Source: a virus. From it: DNA of 64,000 nucleotides. How positions within the stretch are numbered: position 1 is the stretch's first letter; each line of letters starts with the position of its first letter. The position numbers and the translations under genes were made by a program. The notes under the pieces were generated by a model. It worked only from the letters and a program-made list of their open reading frames with translations. It had not been told where the DNA came from and ran no database searches. The stretch is from the IMG/VR virus record IMGVR_UViG_3300046694_000223, positions 102,581-166,580 of that record. The stretch is one strand, 5' to 3'. Positions 19,383 to 29,139 of the stretch are shown here, in pieces.

Positions 19383-21737
19383 TTATGCGGTTTGTTGGTT
19401 GTGACCACAATATTCATTTGCAAACTTGGCTGCAATTGTATGAGAGATAAACTCAATTTCCACTTTACCGTTTTTCAATATTTTTATTGATTTAACTTTG
19501 GAGAAGTTCAATTCATGTACTCCGAAAACTTCTTCATTTTTTCCATTCATGATCTTCCGTGACATAGTATCTAGTTCATTATTAAGTACCGTAAAGCCTG
19601 TTTCAAAGTGGTATATAGCGTTAAATATCATTTCAACTTTATTATTGCTATTATAGTGTATTTTCTCGGTTCCCCATTTGGACCACGATGTATCGATATA
19701 TAGATAATCCTTTATCGAAATTTTATTTCCTTTTGGAGTTATATCTTTGTGACTTACTGAATCGCGTAACTTTTGTTTAATTTCCGCTTCTGCTTTTTCA
19801 GTAAAATTGTACCCGTCTAATTGAATCGTTATCTCATCTATAATATTATTATACGTTACATTTGAATCAAACTTCTTTTGAATTTTATCTTCGTTGATTG
19901 TAACATTATATTTATTTTTAAAATAATAACAAACAATTGAAATGAATCTATCTTTAATTTTGACAATGTTTTTTTCTAAGTCATATGAAGCAAATCCAGC
20001 GTCAAAACTTGTGCTTTTAGGGTATTTTGTTCCAAGCACTCCTACTTCTGAGTATTTAATTCCGTGTGCGGTGACTTGCGGTTTAATTGCCTGCAATTGT
20101 TCATTTAGATTGTTATAGGCCGCTATTGTCTGTTTGTAGATTGATTCTTGATCTTTGCAGAAATCCAAATCTTCACTGGAAACTTTTTGATCTGCTGTGA
20201 TTTCAATATTGTCAAATTTATTAAAGATATCATCAAAAGAGTCAAAAGAAATAGGTTCATCTGAGTTGTAATCTGTATTTTCATTAATATATGTATTATC
20301 CATTGTATCACCTTCCTGTTTCGTTTCTGCTGTTTCATTTTGGTTAAACTCATAATAGATTATGTTATCGTTATGACTGTCTGTAACTGTTTTAGAGGCC
20401 GTTTCTTGCGTGTTCTGTGTTTCTGTGTCGCTATCTCTGTTAACAGTGTTAGAGGGCATTACAAGAGCCTGAGCAAATTCCAAGCGCTCCGGTGTTTGTT
20501 TGGCGTACCACTTCCCGCCACGCCGAGACCACTTAAAGCCGTTTGCGTACAAGGTGGATAATTCTTTTTCTGTTAGGGTTTTGGTGAACTTCAATTCAAT
20601 ACCGTTCAATTCTTCATTGATTGTCATTGTAACGCTTTTAGAAGCCTCTACAATTTCGCCTTTTGCTGTTTCTTCATTAACTGTTACAACTTCTTCAGCA
20701 TCAACAGTAACAGCCTCTTTACTTGCTCTAGGGGCCTTGCCAACCTTAACCCATTTTTCAACTTCTGTTACTTCATCAAAAGTAGTCATTTGATGAACGA
20801 TTGTTTTTCCTTCTTGAATAGATTTCATCATTCTTTCTTCCAGGTCGTAGTATCTAGTGCAGTTTTTCAATTGTTGATATCCTCTTTTTTCACTGCCCAC
20901 ATTTTCATAGGAAATACGAGTTTTGCCGTTCACTTCATAGATGTTTGTTACCAACCAGAATCCGCCACGATGAGCAAATTTGAAATAATCTCCAACTTCA
21001 ATATTTTTCTTATCAAATGGTACAGGCCTAGTAACCTTTTTAGTTACCTGTTCAGTCACTAACTGCATTGTTTCAAAATCGGCAGATCCAACTTCTGAAC
21101 CATCTGTAACAGTAATTGTATTAACAATTTTTTCAATTCTGGAGATGAATTTATTAAAAGCGTTGATTGCTTTTTGTTTGTCTTCGTCTTCGTGATTTGT
21201 TGCGCCGTCCCAATTATATGGAAGATCGGAAAATTTACCGATACCTGTACCTTTATCAACTAAAACGCCATCTTTTTCAATGTGCCATTTTGAAGTGGAG
21301 GGATTAACATTTTTAAATTCTGGATAGATTGCAACAACCTCTTCAGTCCAGCCTTCGCTCTGTTTTTCAAGCAGTTTTTCGATTGCTGATTTTGCAGATT
21401 CCTCTTCTTGTTGGCTTGCACCTTTTTCAGTAGTCATGTTTTGAAGTTTTGCAATTTTGTTTTGGATATCTTTAGTTGTACTATTGAATGATCTTTTTGT
21501 AACTGTGCGGCCACTATCACTAAGAGAAGAAACATCAACCAGCAACACATAACCATTTTTAGAAGCAATACCACGACTCCAGGAAGCTGGGCAGTAATAA
21601 TCTGTCATGCTGTCAGATTGATCAGGAGAATAACCAAAAACTTCCCATCCTTTAGCCATAAGAGCATGAGCGATGTTTACCCTTGCTTCTCTGAAATCGT
21701 AATAGTTATATGTTCTAGCCATTTGTAAAACCTCCAT
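19383..21737 (-). CDS. Large multidomain (polyvalent-type) protein, likely start MARTYN
   Basis: DUF2786-like KIAKL..GASQQEEESAKSAIEKLL; NGIELKF..GFKWSRRGGKWYAKQT domain; C-terminal IKILKNGKVEIEF. Confidence 0.7.
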   Translation of the reverse strand: MEVLQMARTYNYYDFREARVNIAHALMAKGWEVFGYSPDQSDSMTDYYCPASWSRGIASKNGYVLLVDVSSLSDSGRTVTKRSFNSTTKDIQNKIAKLQNMTTEKGASQQEEESAKSAIEKLLEKQSEGWTEEVVAIYPEFKNVNPSTSKWHIEKDGVLVDKGTGIGKFSDLPYNWDGATNHEDEDKQKAINAFNKFISRIEKIVNTITVTDGSEVGSADFETMQLVTEQVTKKVTRPVPFDKKNIEVGDYFKFAHRGGFWLVTNIYEVNGKTRISYENVGSEKRGYQQLKNCTRYYDLEERMMKSIQEGKTIVHQMTTFDEVTEVEKWVKVGKAPRASKEAVTVDAEEVVTVNEETAKGEIVEASKSVTMTINEELNGIELKFTKTLTEKELSTLYANGFKWSRRGGKWYAKQTPERLEFAQALVMPSNTVNRDSDTETQNTQETASKTVTDSHNDNIIYYEFNQNETAETKQEGDTMDNTYINENTDYNSDEPISFDSFDDIFNKFDNIEITADQKVSSEDLDFCKDQESIYKQTIAAYNNLNEQLQAIKPQVTAHGIKYSEVGVLGTKYPKSTSFDAGFASYDLEKNIVKIKDRFISIVCYYFKNKYNVTINEDKIQKKFDSNVTYNNIIDEITIQLDGYNFTEKAEAEIKQKLRDSVSHKDITPKGNKISIKDYLYIDTSWSKWGTEKIHYNSNNKVEMIFNAIYHFETGFTVLNNELDTMSRKIMNGKNEEVFGVHELNFSKVKSIKILKNGKVEIEFISHTIAAKFANEYCGHNQQTA

Positions 21738-21767
21738 GTGAATAATATGTATTAACTTCTTATCTAT

Positions 21768-21814
21768 ATATTAAACCATTGTTAGCTTAAAGTCAACATA
21801 TATTTATTCTTTAA
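21768..21814 (-). promoter_or_regulatory. Early sigmaA promoter with AATAAATATAT box
   Basis: box-TTGACT-17-TAATAT. Confidence 0.7.
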
Positions 21815-21838
21815 ACAAAAAAGAAGCCTTTTGGCCTC

Positions 21839-22132
21839 TTAGTTTTTCATCATCCAAGACAAGGCCTTAGATGGATATCCTTTTGTGAAAACAACTTTCC
21901 ATTGTCCGTTATCTTCAAGTACGCTCAATGTCCCTGCTCCATATTTACCCTGTTCTGATATACCATATTGAATACCTTCAAACATAACTTTTTTACCTGA
22001 TTTAGCGTAACCCGTTTTTGTCATGTTTGATCCAGTAAGAGATACTTCTGTAAATTTGGCGCATTTTGCTTGCTCTTTGTGTTCTTGCATTGCCGCTTTG
22101 ATTCGTGCCGCTCTATCATAGTCCCATTCCAT
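21839..22132 (-). CDS. Hypothetical phage protein
   Basis: 97 aa, promoter TTGACA-17-TATTAT (22170-22217), GGAGG RBS. Confidence 0.7.
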   Translation of the reverse strand: MEWDYDRAARIKAAMQEHKEQAKCAKFTEVSLTGSNMTKTGYAKSGKKVMFEGIQYGISEQGKYGAGTLSVLEDNGQWKVVFTKGYPSKALSWMMKN

Positions 22133-22363
22133 AGAAATCGCCTCCGATATGTATTACTTCTTATCTATAATAATAAACCATTCGTTTGTTGTTGTCAATC
22201 ATATATTTATTCATAAAATAAAAAGAGAGAATTCGCATTCTCCCCTTAATGAAATCAACTGTATTATATTTATACATTATTATGTATATTATTCATCAAT
22301 TATACACCTTTATAGATCTTATAATGAATACTTATGCATTAAAAACTTCATAAAACAAGTATT

Positions 22364-22609
22364 TCATGAGAAGTTGAGTAGGTTACAACACATCTGAGCA
22401 TCTTTTTCATTTTTAAATGAAACATAGTCATTATCACCAATAAATCCACTACTTTCTGCATATCCACCACATTCTTTTACAATTTTGATTTGATTTTTGT
22501 TTAGTAGGCTAAATTTCAATTCAAAATCAAAATCATTCTTATCATAAACGAAAAATGTATCTGTGTTATCAATAGTTTTATTGACATTCAATTCCCGAAC
22601 TTTTTCCAT
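22364..22609 (-). CDS. Hypothetical phage protein
   Basis: 81 aa, promoter TTGCAA-17-TAAGAT; stop lies within the palindrome at 22350. Confidence 0.65.
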   Translation of the reverse strand: MEKVRELNVNKTIDNTDTFFVYDKNDFDFELKFSLLNKNQIKIVKECGGYAESSGFIGDNDYVSFKNEKDAQMCCNLLNFS

Positions 22610-22722
22610 ATGAATTCATCTCCTAATATATATCATTAACTTAAGTACATCTTATCACAATATTATGTAAATTGCAATATTTTTATTCATTAAGTCCATT
22701 CAATTCATAAGCATTATGTACC

Positions 22723-22962
22723 TTATTCCTCTTCTCCGCTCATCAACCCAATCAAATTAAAAGCATACTCATTCATAAACACTTTAACCTGTTCCCGCAT
22801 TTCCTCTTCCGTCATTACTCCATGCTTATAAGCTTCAGCAACTCCGGTCAAATCTTCATGAGATAGATTATAGAAGTGTTTGAATTGATCCAGTCTATTA
22901 TTGTTTTCAAATGTATTTAGAATCATATCGGTTATGTACTGGTTATTGGTCATTGTAGACAC
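22723..22962 (-). CDS. Hypothetical phage protein
   Basis: 79 aa, AGGAG RBS. Confidence 0.6.
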   Translation of the reverse strand: MSTMTNNQYITDMILNTFENNNRLDQFKHFYNLSHEDLTGVAEAYKHGVMTEEEMREQVKVFMNEYAFNLIGLMSGEEE

Positions 22963-23051
22963 TCCTATGTAAATTATATTGGTAACTATGTATTAGAATC
23001 AATTATAACGCTCTGTGAGGCTCCAGGAAAGGCCAGAGCATAGTAAGAGGA

Positions 23052-23384
23052 TTAATAGACGGTGATAATAACCATTGCTGTGTTAGCAGCGTTCAGAGTG
23101 ACTACAACATGACGTTTATTGAAACCTTTCACACAATAACGATACTCATTATATTTACTATCATAGACAGGCTCAGAGACCGCTTTAGGAAACTTGAGTA
23201 TAAATAGCATACGCTCCTCAGTAAAGCATCTGTTAGGCTGATTAAGGCGTTCTAGAGCGTGTGAGGAGTAAGTGAAGGCTGATTGTTTGGTGAGTGATGG
23301 AATGATAGATAGTGCTTCCTGCTGAGTTAATGGGATTGGTTGTGATTGGCTGTATACTGCTGCTAAGTTTGGCAATGGATTCAC
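23052..23384 (-). CDS. DUF4258-like (RelE-fold-like) protein
   Basis: YSSHALERL...MVIITVY pattern. Confidence 0.55.
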   Translation of the reverse strand: MNPLPNLAAVYSQSQPIPLTQQEALSIIPSLTKQSAFTYSSHALERLNQPNRCFTEERMLFILKFPKAVSEPVYDSKYNEYRYCVKGFNKRHVVVTLNAANTAMVIITVY

Positions 23385-23550
23385 CTCCTATTGATAGTTA
23401 TAATTTTATCATGGATTAATTAATAAGTAAATATATATTATTTGTGAATGGTCATTCTATCTAATTCGACATCCAAAGAACCACATTCAACATCTTCGAT
23501 TCTATATTTTTTACCTAATAAATCTCTAGGTGACCAGTTTGAATAAATGT

Positions 23551-23889
23551 TTACGACTTGCCCATCAACCAAAGAAAACATCTTCCAGCTATACCGTTCC
23601 ATTTTGGACTGAGATCCGAAATGAAATCAACAATTGCAGGGAATACATCGATATCAGTATTTTCTTTTATCTTCTTTGCTAAACGGTAAGAGTCTTTTGT
23701 AATCAATGCTTTTTTACTTGTTGTCATGTTCATATGCACCAATATTTCCATGATCGGCTTCCATTGTTCAGTGTCATAAATTCTTTGTATTTCGCTGTAA
23801 AGTCTATTATCGGAATCATCAAACCAATCCCAATTGCTCCCCTTAAGTTTCTTAAATAAATGGTAATGTTCCATTGTTTCACCCTCCAT
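23551..23889 (-). CDS. Hypothetical phage protein
   Basis: 112-aa ORF, GGAGG RBS before MEHYH. Confidence 0.55.
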   Translation of the reverse strand: MEGETMEHYHLFKKLKGSNWDWFDDSDNRLYSEIQRIYDTEQWKPIMEILVHMNMTTSKKALITKDSYRLAKKIKENTDIDVFPAIVDFISDLSPKWNGIAGRCFLWLMGKS

Positions 23890-23943
23890 AATTTAAAGTA
23901 GTTTATAAATAAGGAAAAGGAGGCTTTTCAGCCTCTCTCTTGT

Positions 23944-24624
23944 TTAGTATATGCATAAGCTTTCGTTTCCGCTGTTGTCTAATGAATACTGAGCGAATCC
24001 TGTAGTTGAATCAAATTCTGCATCAAGTTCCTCGTTTATTGAGTTAACAATTATTGATTGTAGCCACTCGTTTAGTTTCTTATCTACTGGATATTTTGAA
24101 GTAATTTTATCAATTTCATTCTGTACTTTTTCTATTGAAATTTCAAATCCTTTTGGTTGTTTAGCATATTCTTTTCCTAGCTGTCTGAGTTCTTCTTCTA
24201 CTCTCTTTTCATTTACAGTCTTGATTCGTTTTCCATCTGCAACCGTCATATTTTTAATTTTATTAAAACATGTGTAAATTTTAGTCATTTCTTCTTCTGT
24301 ATAAAATTCTTTCCCATAATCAATTTCTGATTTTAGAGCGCTTATATATTTTGCTTCTCCGCATCTTACATCATAGAATAATTGTTTGATTCTTATAGAT
24401 AGTATATATTTATTCTCTTCAGGTGTTCTATTATTCTTCTCATCCTCTTCTTGCTTTCTTATTTCGCGTCCTGCTTCCTGTTCCTCTTTAGTAATTACGT
24501 TATAAGCGTTTAAGCCGTATTCTTGTTGGTGTTTATGACACATTACCGGATATTGTTTTTTAGTGCAATATTGAAAAGCTGATGGAGTTACGGACTTTCC
24601 ACAAACTGAGCATATGTATGACAT
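23944..24624 (-). CDS. Protein with N-terminal Zn-finger and helical body
   Basis: CSVC...C...CHKH; promoter at 24658-24705. Confidence 0.75.
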   Translation of the reverse strand: MSYICSVCGKSVTPSAFQYCTKKQYPVMCHKHQQEYGLNAYNVITKEEQEAGREIRKQEEDEKNNRTPEENKYILSIRIKQLFYDVRCGEAKYISALKSEIDYGKEFYTEEEMTKIYTCFNKIKNMTVADGKRIKTVNEKRVEEELRQLGKEYAKQPKGFEISIEKVQNEIDKITSKYPVDKKLNEWLQSIIVNSINEELDAEFDSTTGFAQYSLDNSGNESLCIY

Positions 24625-24707
24625 TTGTGTTGCCTCCTTGTTTCATCTCTTGAATACATTATATCACATGAGACAACACAAATACAACATATATTTATTC
24701 TTTAAAT

Positions 24708-25067
24708 CTAATTTAGAAATTCAATCGAATGTATATTATCCCAGTTCTCGTTATCATAATCCTGAACAGTCCAAGCAATTTCAATTTCATCACCAACAGA
24801 TAATTTAGTCGGTGCATCTGGAATGGATGATAATTGGGATTGAAGAAGAAAGATCCCTTCACCTGTGTCTGTGATTAGTTCTCCGTAAATTTCACCTTGA
24901 GGCGTTACGTCAACAATGCGGAAGTCTTCAAATATGTATTGATGTGATTGAGTTGTGGATGTTGGAACGGATTGGATCTGAGTGGAATTGATTGGAGATA
25001 GCGGGATTTGAGTTAGGGAAAGTGAGATGAATAGAGCGAATAGGATTGATTTCATTGTGGTATCCAC
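24708..25067 (-). CDS. Putative secreted protein
   Basis: MKSILFALFISLSL signal-like N-terminus, Ser/Thr/Gln linker, small beta domain. Confidence 0.6.
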   Translation of the reverse strand: MDTTMKSILFALFISLSLTQIPLSPINSTQIQSVPTSTTQSHQYIFEDFRIVDVTPQGEIYGELITDTGEGIFLLQSQLSSIPDAPTKLSVGDEIEIAWTVQDYDNENWDNIHSIEFLN

Positions 25068-25098
25068 CTTTATATTTTTATTGTTAAATGTTAAATTA

Positions 25099-25671
25099 TC
25101 AAACAGTCATAGACTTCCACCATTTCATTCCTTCAAACGATGTGAACCCACCATCCTCTAGGATGGATTGTAAAGCCTTCTTTCCTCCTATCGGTTGATA
25201 AGGCGAGATCCCGTCAGAGAATCCCAGGAAACCAAATACAGGATGATATAAGACGAATCCTTTAGGCATAGTGTAGCTGCTCTTGTTGATAGCAAATTTT
25301 TGGCCGGACAGTTTAACTATTTTTAGTTCTGAGTTAATTTGATCAGTTGTAGAGACAGATTGAGCATATTTGATAACAAGTGCAGCAAGAACAGAAGAAC
25401 ATGCTTCACACATTGCGATTAGTTCAGGATCAACCTTGATACCATATGTGACAAGCTCAATATTAAAAGATTCCTGTACAAGAGATTTTTCACCGTCACA
25501 AAGATCCGAGTAGTGGGTAGCAGAAAATTCATCGATGATAATTGTAGCAAGAACATCAGATAGAACATCAACTTTGTTGGAAGTGGAAAGTAAAGAGAAA
25601 TTGGAAAGTGTAGGATAATCATTTGCAACAGATACGATGTAGAATGAGTTAGAAAGTGTTTGAACTGTCAT
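25099..25671 (-). CDS. Hypothetical phage protein (likely start MTVQTL)
   Basis: AAAGGAG RBS before the internal Met. Confidence 0.6.
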   Translation of the reverse strand: MTVQTLSNSFYIVSVANDYPTLSNFSLLSTSNKVDVLSDVLATIIIDEFSATHYSDLCDGEKSLVQESFNIELVTYGIKVDPELIAMCEACSSVLAALVIKYAQSVSTTDQINSELKIVKLSGQKFAINKSSYTMPKGFVLYHPVFGFLGFSDGISPYQPIGGKKALQSILEDGGFTSFEGMKWWKSMTV

Positions 25672-25749
25672 GTAAAGGACTCCTTTCACCTCATCCGATT
25701 TATTCGGCCTGTTGGTTTGAAACGGTGAACAGTGGATCATATGTATTGC

Positions 25750-25980
25750 TTATTGGGTAACATATTTATTAATAAGTCTGAACGCTGCTCGACCTGCATT
25801 GATCTTCTCTCCAATTGCAGCAGCAGGACAAGAAGCAAGTCTAAGCAATTTGTTAATGGTTTTGTCATTGAGGCCGATATCATTGATATCATTGTACATA
25901 ATGCTGATTGCTTCAGATACATCTGGAAACTGTTCAAAGAAATTGTCCATCAACGTTTCAACCGGAATAATTTTGCTCAT
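25750..25980 (-). CDS. Hypothetical phage protein (likely start MSKIIP)
   Basis: AAGGGAG RBS; promoter at 26027-26072. Confidence 0.65.
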   Translation of the reverse strand: MSKIIPVETLMDNFFEQFPDVSEAISIMYNDINDIGLNDKTINKLLRLASCPAAAIGEKINAGRAAFRLINKYVTQ

Positions 25981-26269
25981 TATATATCGTCTCCCTTTAG
26001 GAATATGTATTTGATTTGGTAAGTTCATTATAACACGATATCGTAGTTTATTTCAATATATTTATTTATTAAATTGATGAATTAATTATTCTCAAGAATA
26101 AACGAGGCTACTACTTCAATTGCAAACAGAACCGTAAATACTGAGGATTCTAACGCCCATTTATATTGTTTCTTCCGTATTTCCTTAATCATTCGACTAA
26201 TAGAATATATACACATTGCGAAATAAATGTAAATCATATCTTCACCTCCCCCTTTTATAAACCTTTTTT

Positions 26270-26605
26270 TCAGGCGACAACACTCTTCAATTTAGCAATT
26301 GCAATATCATTGTTCCAGTCTGTTTTCTTGAGATCATAGCCCAAGGAATTAAGTTTTGACTCAAGTTTATCAATTTTACGTGAATTGCTTGATGTTGCTA
26401 AGGCTGTACGCTTACCAGAAATTTTACTGCGGTCATCCCATGTCTTGAGCAATTCAATAGCAACCTTATTTGCTTCGGTGTCATTTTCATCGATCTTTTT
26501 AAGTTCTTCAATTTCATTTGCAAACTGTTCTTCCCATCTGAGGACCGCATTATATTTATTCTGCATCATTTGAATTTCGTTGCGACCAGTAGTTTCTGTA
26601 ATCAT
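26270..26605 (-). CDS. Hypothetical phage protein
   Basis: 111 aa, AAGGAG RBS, promoter at 26649-26703. Confidence 0.7.
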   Translation of the reverse strand: MITETTGRNEIQMMQNKYNAVLRWEEQFANEIEELKKIDENDTEANKVAIELLKTWDDRSKISGKRTALATSSNSRKIDKLESKLNSLGYDLKKTDWNNDIAIAKLKSVVA

Positions 26606-26699
26606 TGTTATCGGCTCCTTTTATGTATCTCGTTTTTGGTTATACCTAATTATAACACGGTTATACATGCAATGCAATAGGTTTTTATATATTTATTTA

Positions 26700-27098
26700 T
26701 TAAATGGGCATACTATTCCCCTCTTCAATATCACGGTTAACACGCTGCAAATATTGAAGTGACGTTTCAATGATACATGTTTCAGGATTGAACTTTTCAA
26801 CGTTAGAACGCTCATAGAATTCACCAATGATAGATCCGTCTTTACTACTTACAACCCATGAACCGGAGTAGTGGTCTAGTTCTGGAATGTGATTAGATAT
26901 AATTACATTTTTACTCAGGTGTTCACCTGTGAGATCAATAAAGATACCAGGATTAAGAATGTCGGTGTTGTCATCAATAATTGTGATATTGTTAACATCT
27001 GTTTGAGTTGTGTTTCCGTTTTCCCATTTAATAACAATATCTTTGCCAAATGAATCGGAGTATTCATTGATGATAATACCATACGTTTCACCTGTCAC
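26700..27098 (-). CDS. Hypothetical phage protein
   Basis: 132 aa, overlaps the upstream gene's stop. Confidence 0.6.
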   Translation of the reverse strand: MTGETYGIIINEYSDSFGKDIVIKWENGNTTQTDVNNITIIDDNTDILNPGIFIDLTGEHLSKNVIISNHIPELDHYSGSWVVSSKDGSIIGEFYERSNVEKFNPETCIIETSLQYLQRVNRDIEEGNSMPI

Positions 27099-27439
27099 TA
27101 TGAGGCCGATGAGATTAGTTGTAATGAGTTGGTTGATATTGTTGGTAACAGTGAGTTGCGAAGGCCAGAGACGGTTACAGGAGTGTTAGAATGGTTATGA
27201 GTAATAATACCCTTTGCTCTATATTGATCAACAACACCGCTGAAACCATCGAAGGATACAAAGATAGATTTAGCAACATTGATTGCAAAGTCAACATGAG
27301 GAATGATTTCTACTTTACTGTCTGTTAATCGAACATAACCAACGTGAACACCGTCAATGTGTAACTCGTGCAGATTAAACATGCTGGAGTCTTTAGCGGT
27401 AACACCTTGGATAGTGTTGATCTGGTTAATAGTTGTCAT
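27098..27439 (-). CDS. Hypothetical phage protein, first gene of the leftward early region
   Basis: AGGAGG RBS; promoter TTGTAA-17-TATAAT at 27474-27528. Confidence 0.7.
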   Translation of the reverse strand: MTTINQINTIQGVTAKDSSMFNLHELHIDGVHVGYVRLTDSKVEIIPHVDFAINVAKSIFVSFDGFSGVVDQYRAKGIITHNHSNTPVTVSGLRNSLLPTISTNSLQLISSAS

Positions 27440-27529
27440 ATGTATGACCTCCTGTTATTTAACTTTATAATTCATTATAGCATGGATTAAATATTATTAC
27501 AATGTTTTTGTATATATTTATTTATTAAA

Positions 27530-29130
27530 ATGGATTGGTATTCTGGGCTGTGGTCAGTAAGGAATGAGTGTGGTATAGTTGGGATGTTGTGATAGTGGAT
27601 GAGATGAACGTTAATGTCGTTGTGATATATACATAGAGATAATAATAATGTGAGATAGTTACTGAGTATACATAGCAATGAGTATATCTTATTGATATAT
27701 ATCGTATTGATATATAAAATAATTGGAACACAAACATCATATTGCATTATGCTATATATCATGTTGATACATGTGATGTATAATGACTAATATCAACCAG
27801 TGAGTGACCATTAAGATAAATTATATTTAGACTTAGTATAAATTCAAAATAGATAATGATGTGATAGATGGTGATGATAATTGGGTAGATAGCCAGTGGC
27901 AATCTAATTGAGAATAGAGTGATAATAGATTTAGACTTAGTATAAATATAATGTGATGCCATAATTTAGCGGCCTCGCGTTATCGTTCGATTCTGCGAGT
28001 GTGTATAGTGGATATATACAGTGATATCATATGTGATCTGCCTGGGATTGAAAAATTAAAATGAAAATATGGTCAATTTCAGAAAAATTTTAAATAAAAT
28101 TGAGTGAGATAGGCAGCATATAACTGGTGAGTTGTCAAGGTGGATCATACAAGCTAGATAGCATACAACTATACTTATGTGCTATCTATTAAGGGATACC
28201 GGGGGTAGTTTACAACCCAATAAATGGTAAATTTAGAAAATAGTCCGCTATCTGTTCCACTCCTACACTCAACTCAATTTTTACTTTTCATCTCATCTCA
28301 CATTCATCTCCAGAAATTTTATCTTCTCAAAACTGTACCATCAATTTTTCCATCACCTTCCATTTATCCCCCAATCTAACCTTAATTTCAATCGTAATTT
28401 CAATCGTAAACCCCTTATATTCCCTACACTTTTTCCCCTTAATTTCCTCTAAAATCACCTCATTTTCCTCATTTATCACCTATTTCCTCTCAATAACCCT
28501 TATATTTCCTCAACTTTTACGATTACTCTATATATCGCAATCCATCTCTTATCATCAACTCACCAACTCAAACACATATCAGCACATCTCAAACACCAAT
28601 TGATCCTTATTCCATCTACACTTTTCACCTCTCGCTAACCTCAAATTATCACCATTTTTCTAATTCTAATCGACACTCTACTCTCATCATTTATCACTCA
28701 CGATTAAAATTTATCATCACATCACCATGTCTCCAGGGGAGGGGGTATATTAACATAAAAAAGGTAGCACCCAATATCCTGGATACTACCTACATATAAT
28801 TATTCAACTTTAATTTTCATTCATCTTCCACATTACACTTTCCATCACAACTCAATTTCAATTTTAAACTCAGATTCCTTTATAATTTATAATAAATACA
28901 CACCTAAACTATGTATCTGGTCTATTTATTCATCCCAATATATTCTCCACAAAATTATACATAAATTATAATGAATTTAATAATCAATCATCCACAGACA
29001 ATCAACTATTCAAATATAAAATTTAAACTCAAAAATTTATCCTCTTCTTTTGTTTTTGATCTTTGTTTTTTCATCTTTGTTTTTTCATCTTTCAAAATTT
29101 CAAACTCGCAAAGGTTGGGAGCTGCGCGAC
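27530..29130. other. Long non-coding region with abrupt strand-composition flip
   Basis: G/purine-rich plus strand to ~28210, C/pyrimidine-rich thereafter; only low-complexity ORFs. Confidence 0.7.
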
Positions 29131-29139
29131 CCCCTTTAA

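Larger units (their letters stand above)
2519..22367. repeat. Dispersed 18-bp palindromic junction sites RTRAAA-N6-TTTYAT (about 23 copies in the early region)
   Basis: Copies start at 2519, 2996, 4103, 4541, 5200, 6101, 6303, 6710, 6959, 7257, 7473, 7967, 10564, 10824, 11591, 11804, 12254, 13031, 13089, 13499, 14360, 16217, 22350; further copies at 38272, 57218, 58827. Confidence 0.8.

Noticed and set aside
2519-22367. CRISPR array or classical integron attC interpretation of the junction repeats
   Set aside because: Repeats are 18 bp with variable centres and are separated by whole genes; there are no cas genes, no GTTRRRY/RYYYAAC ends and no long attC hairpins
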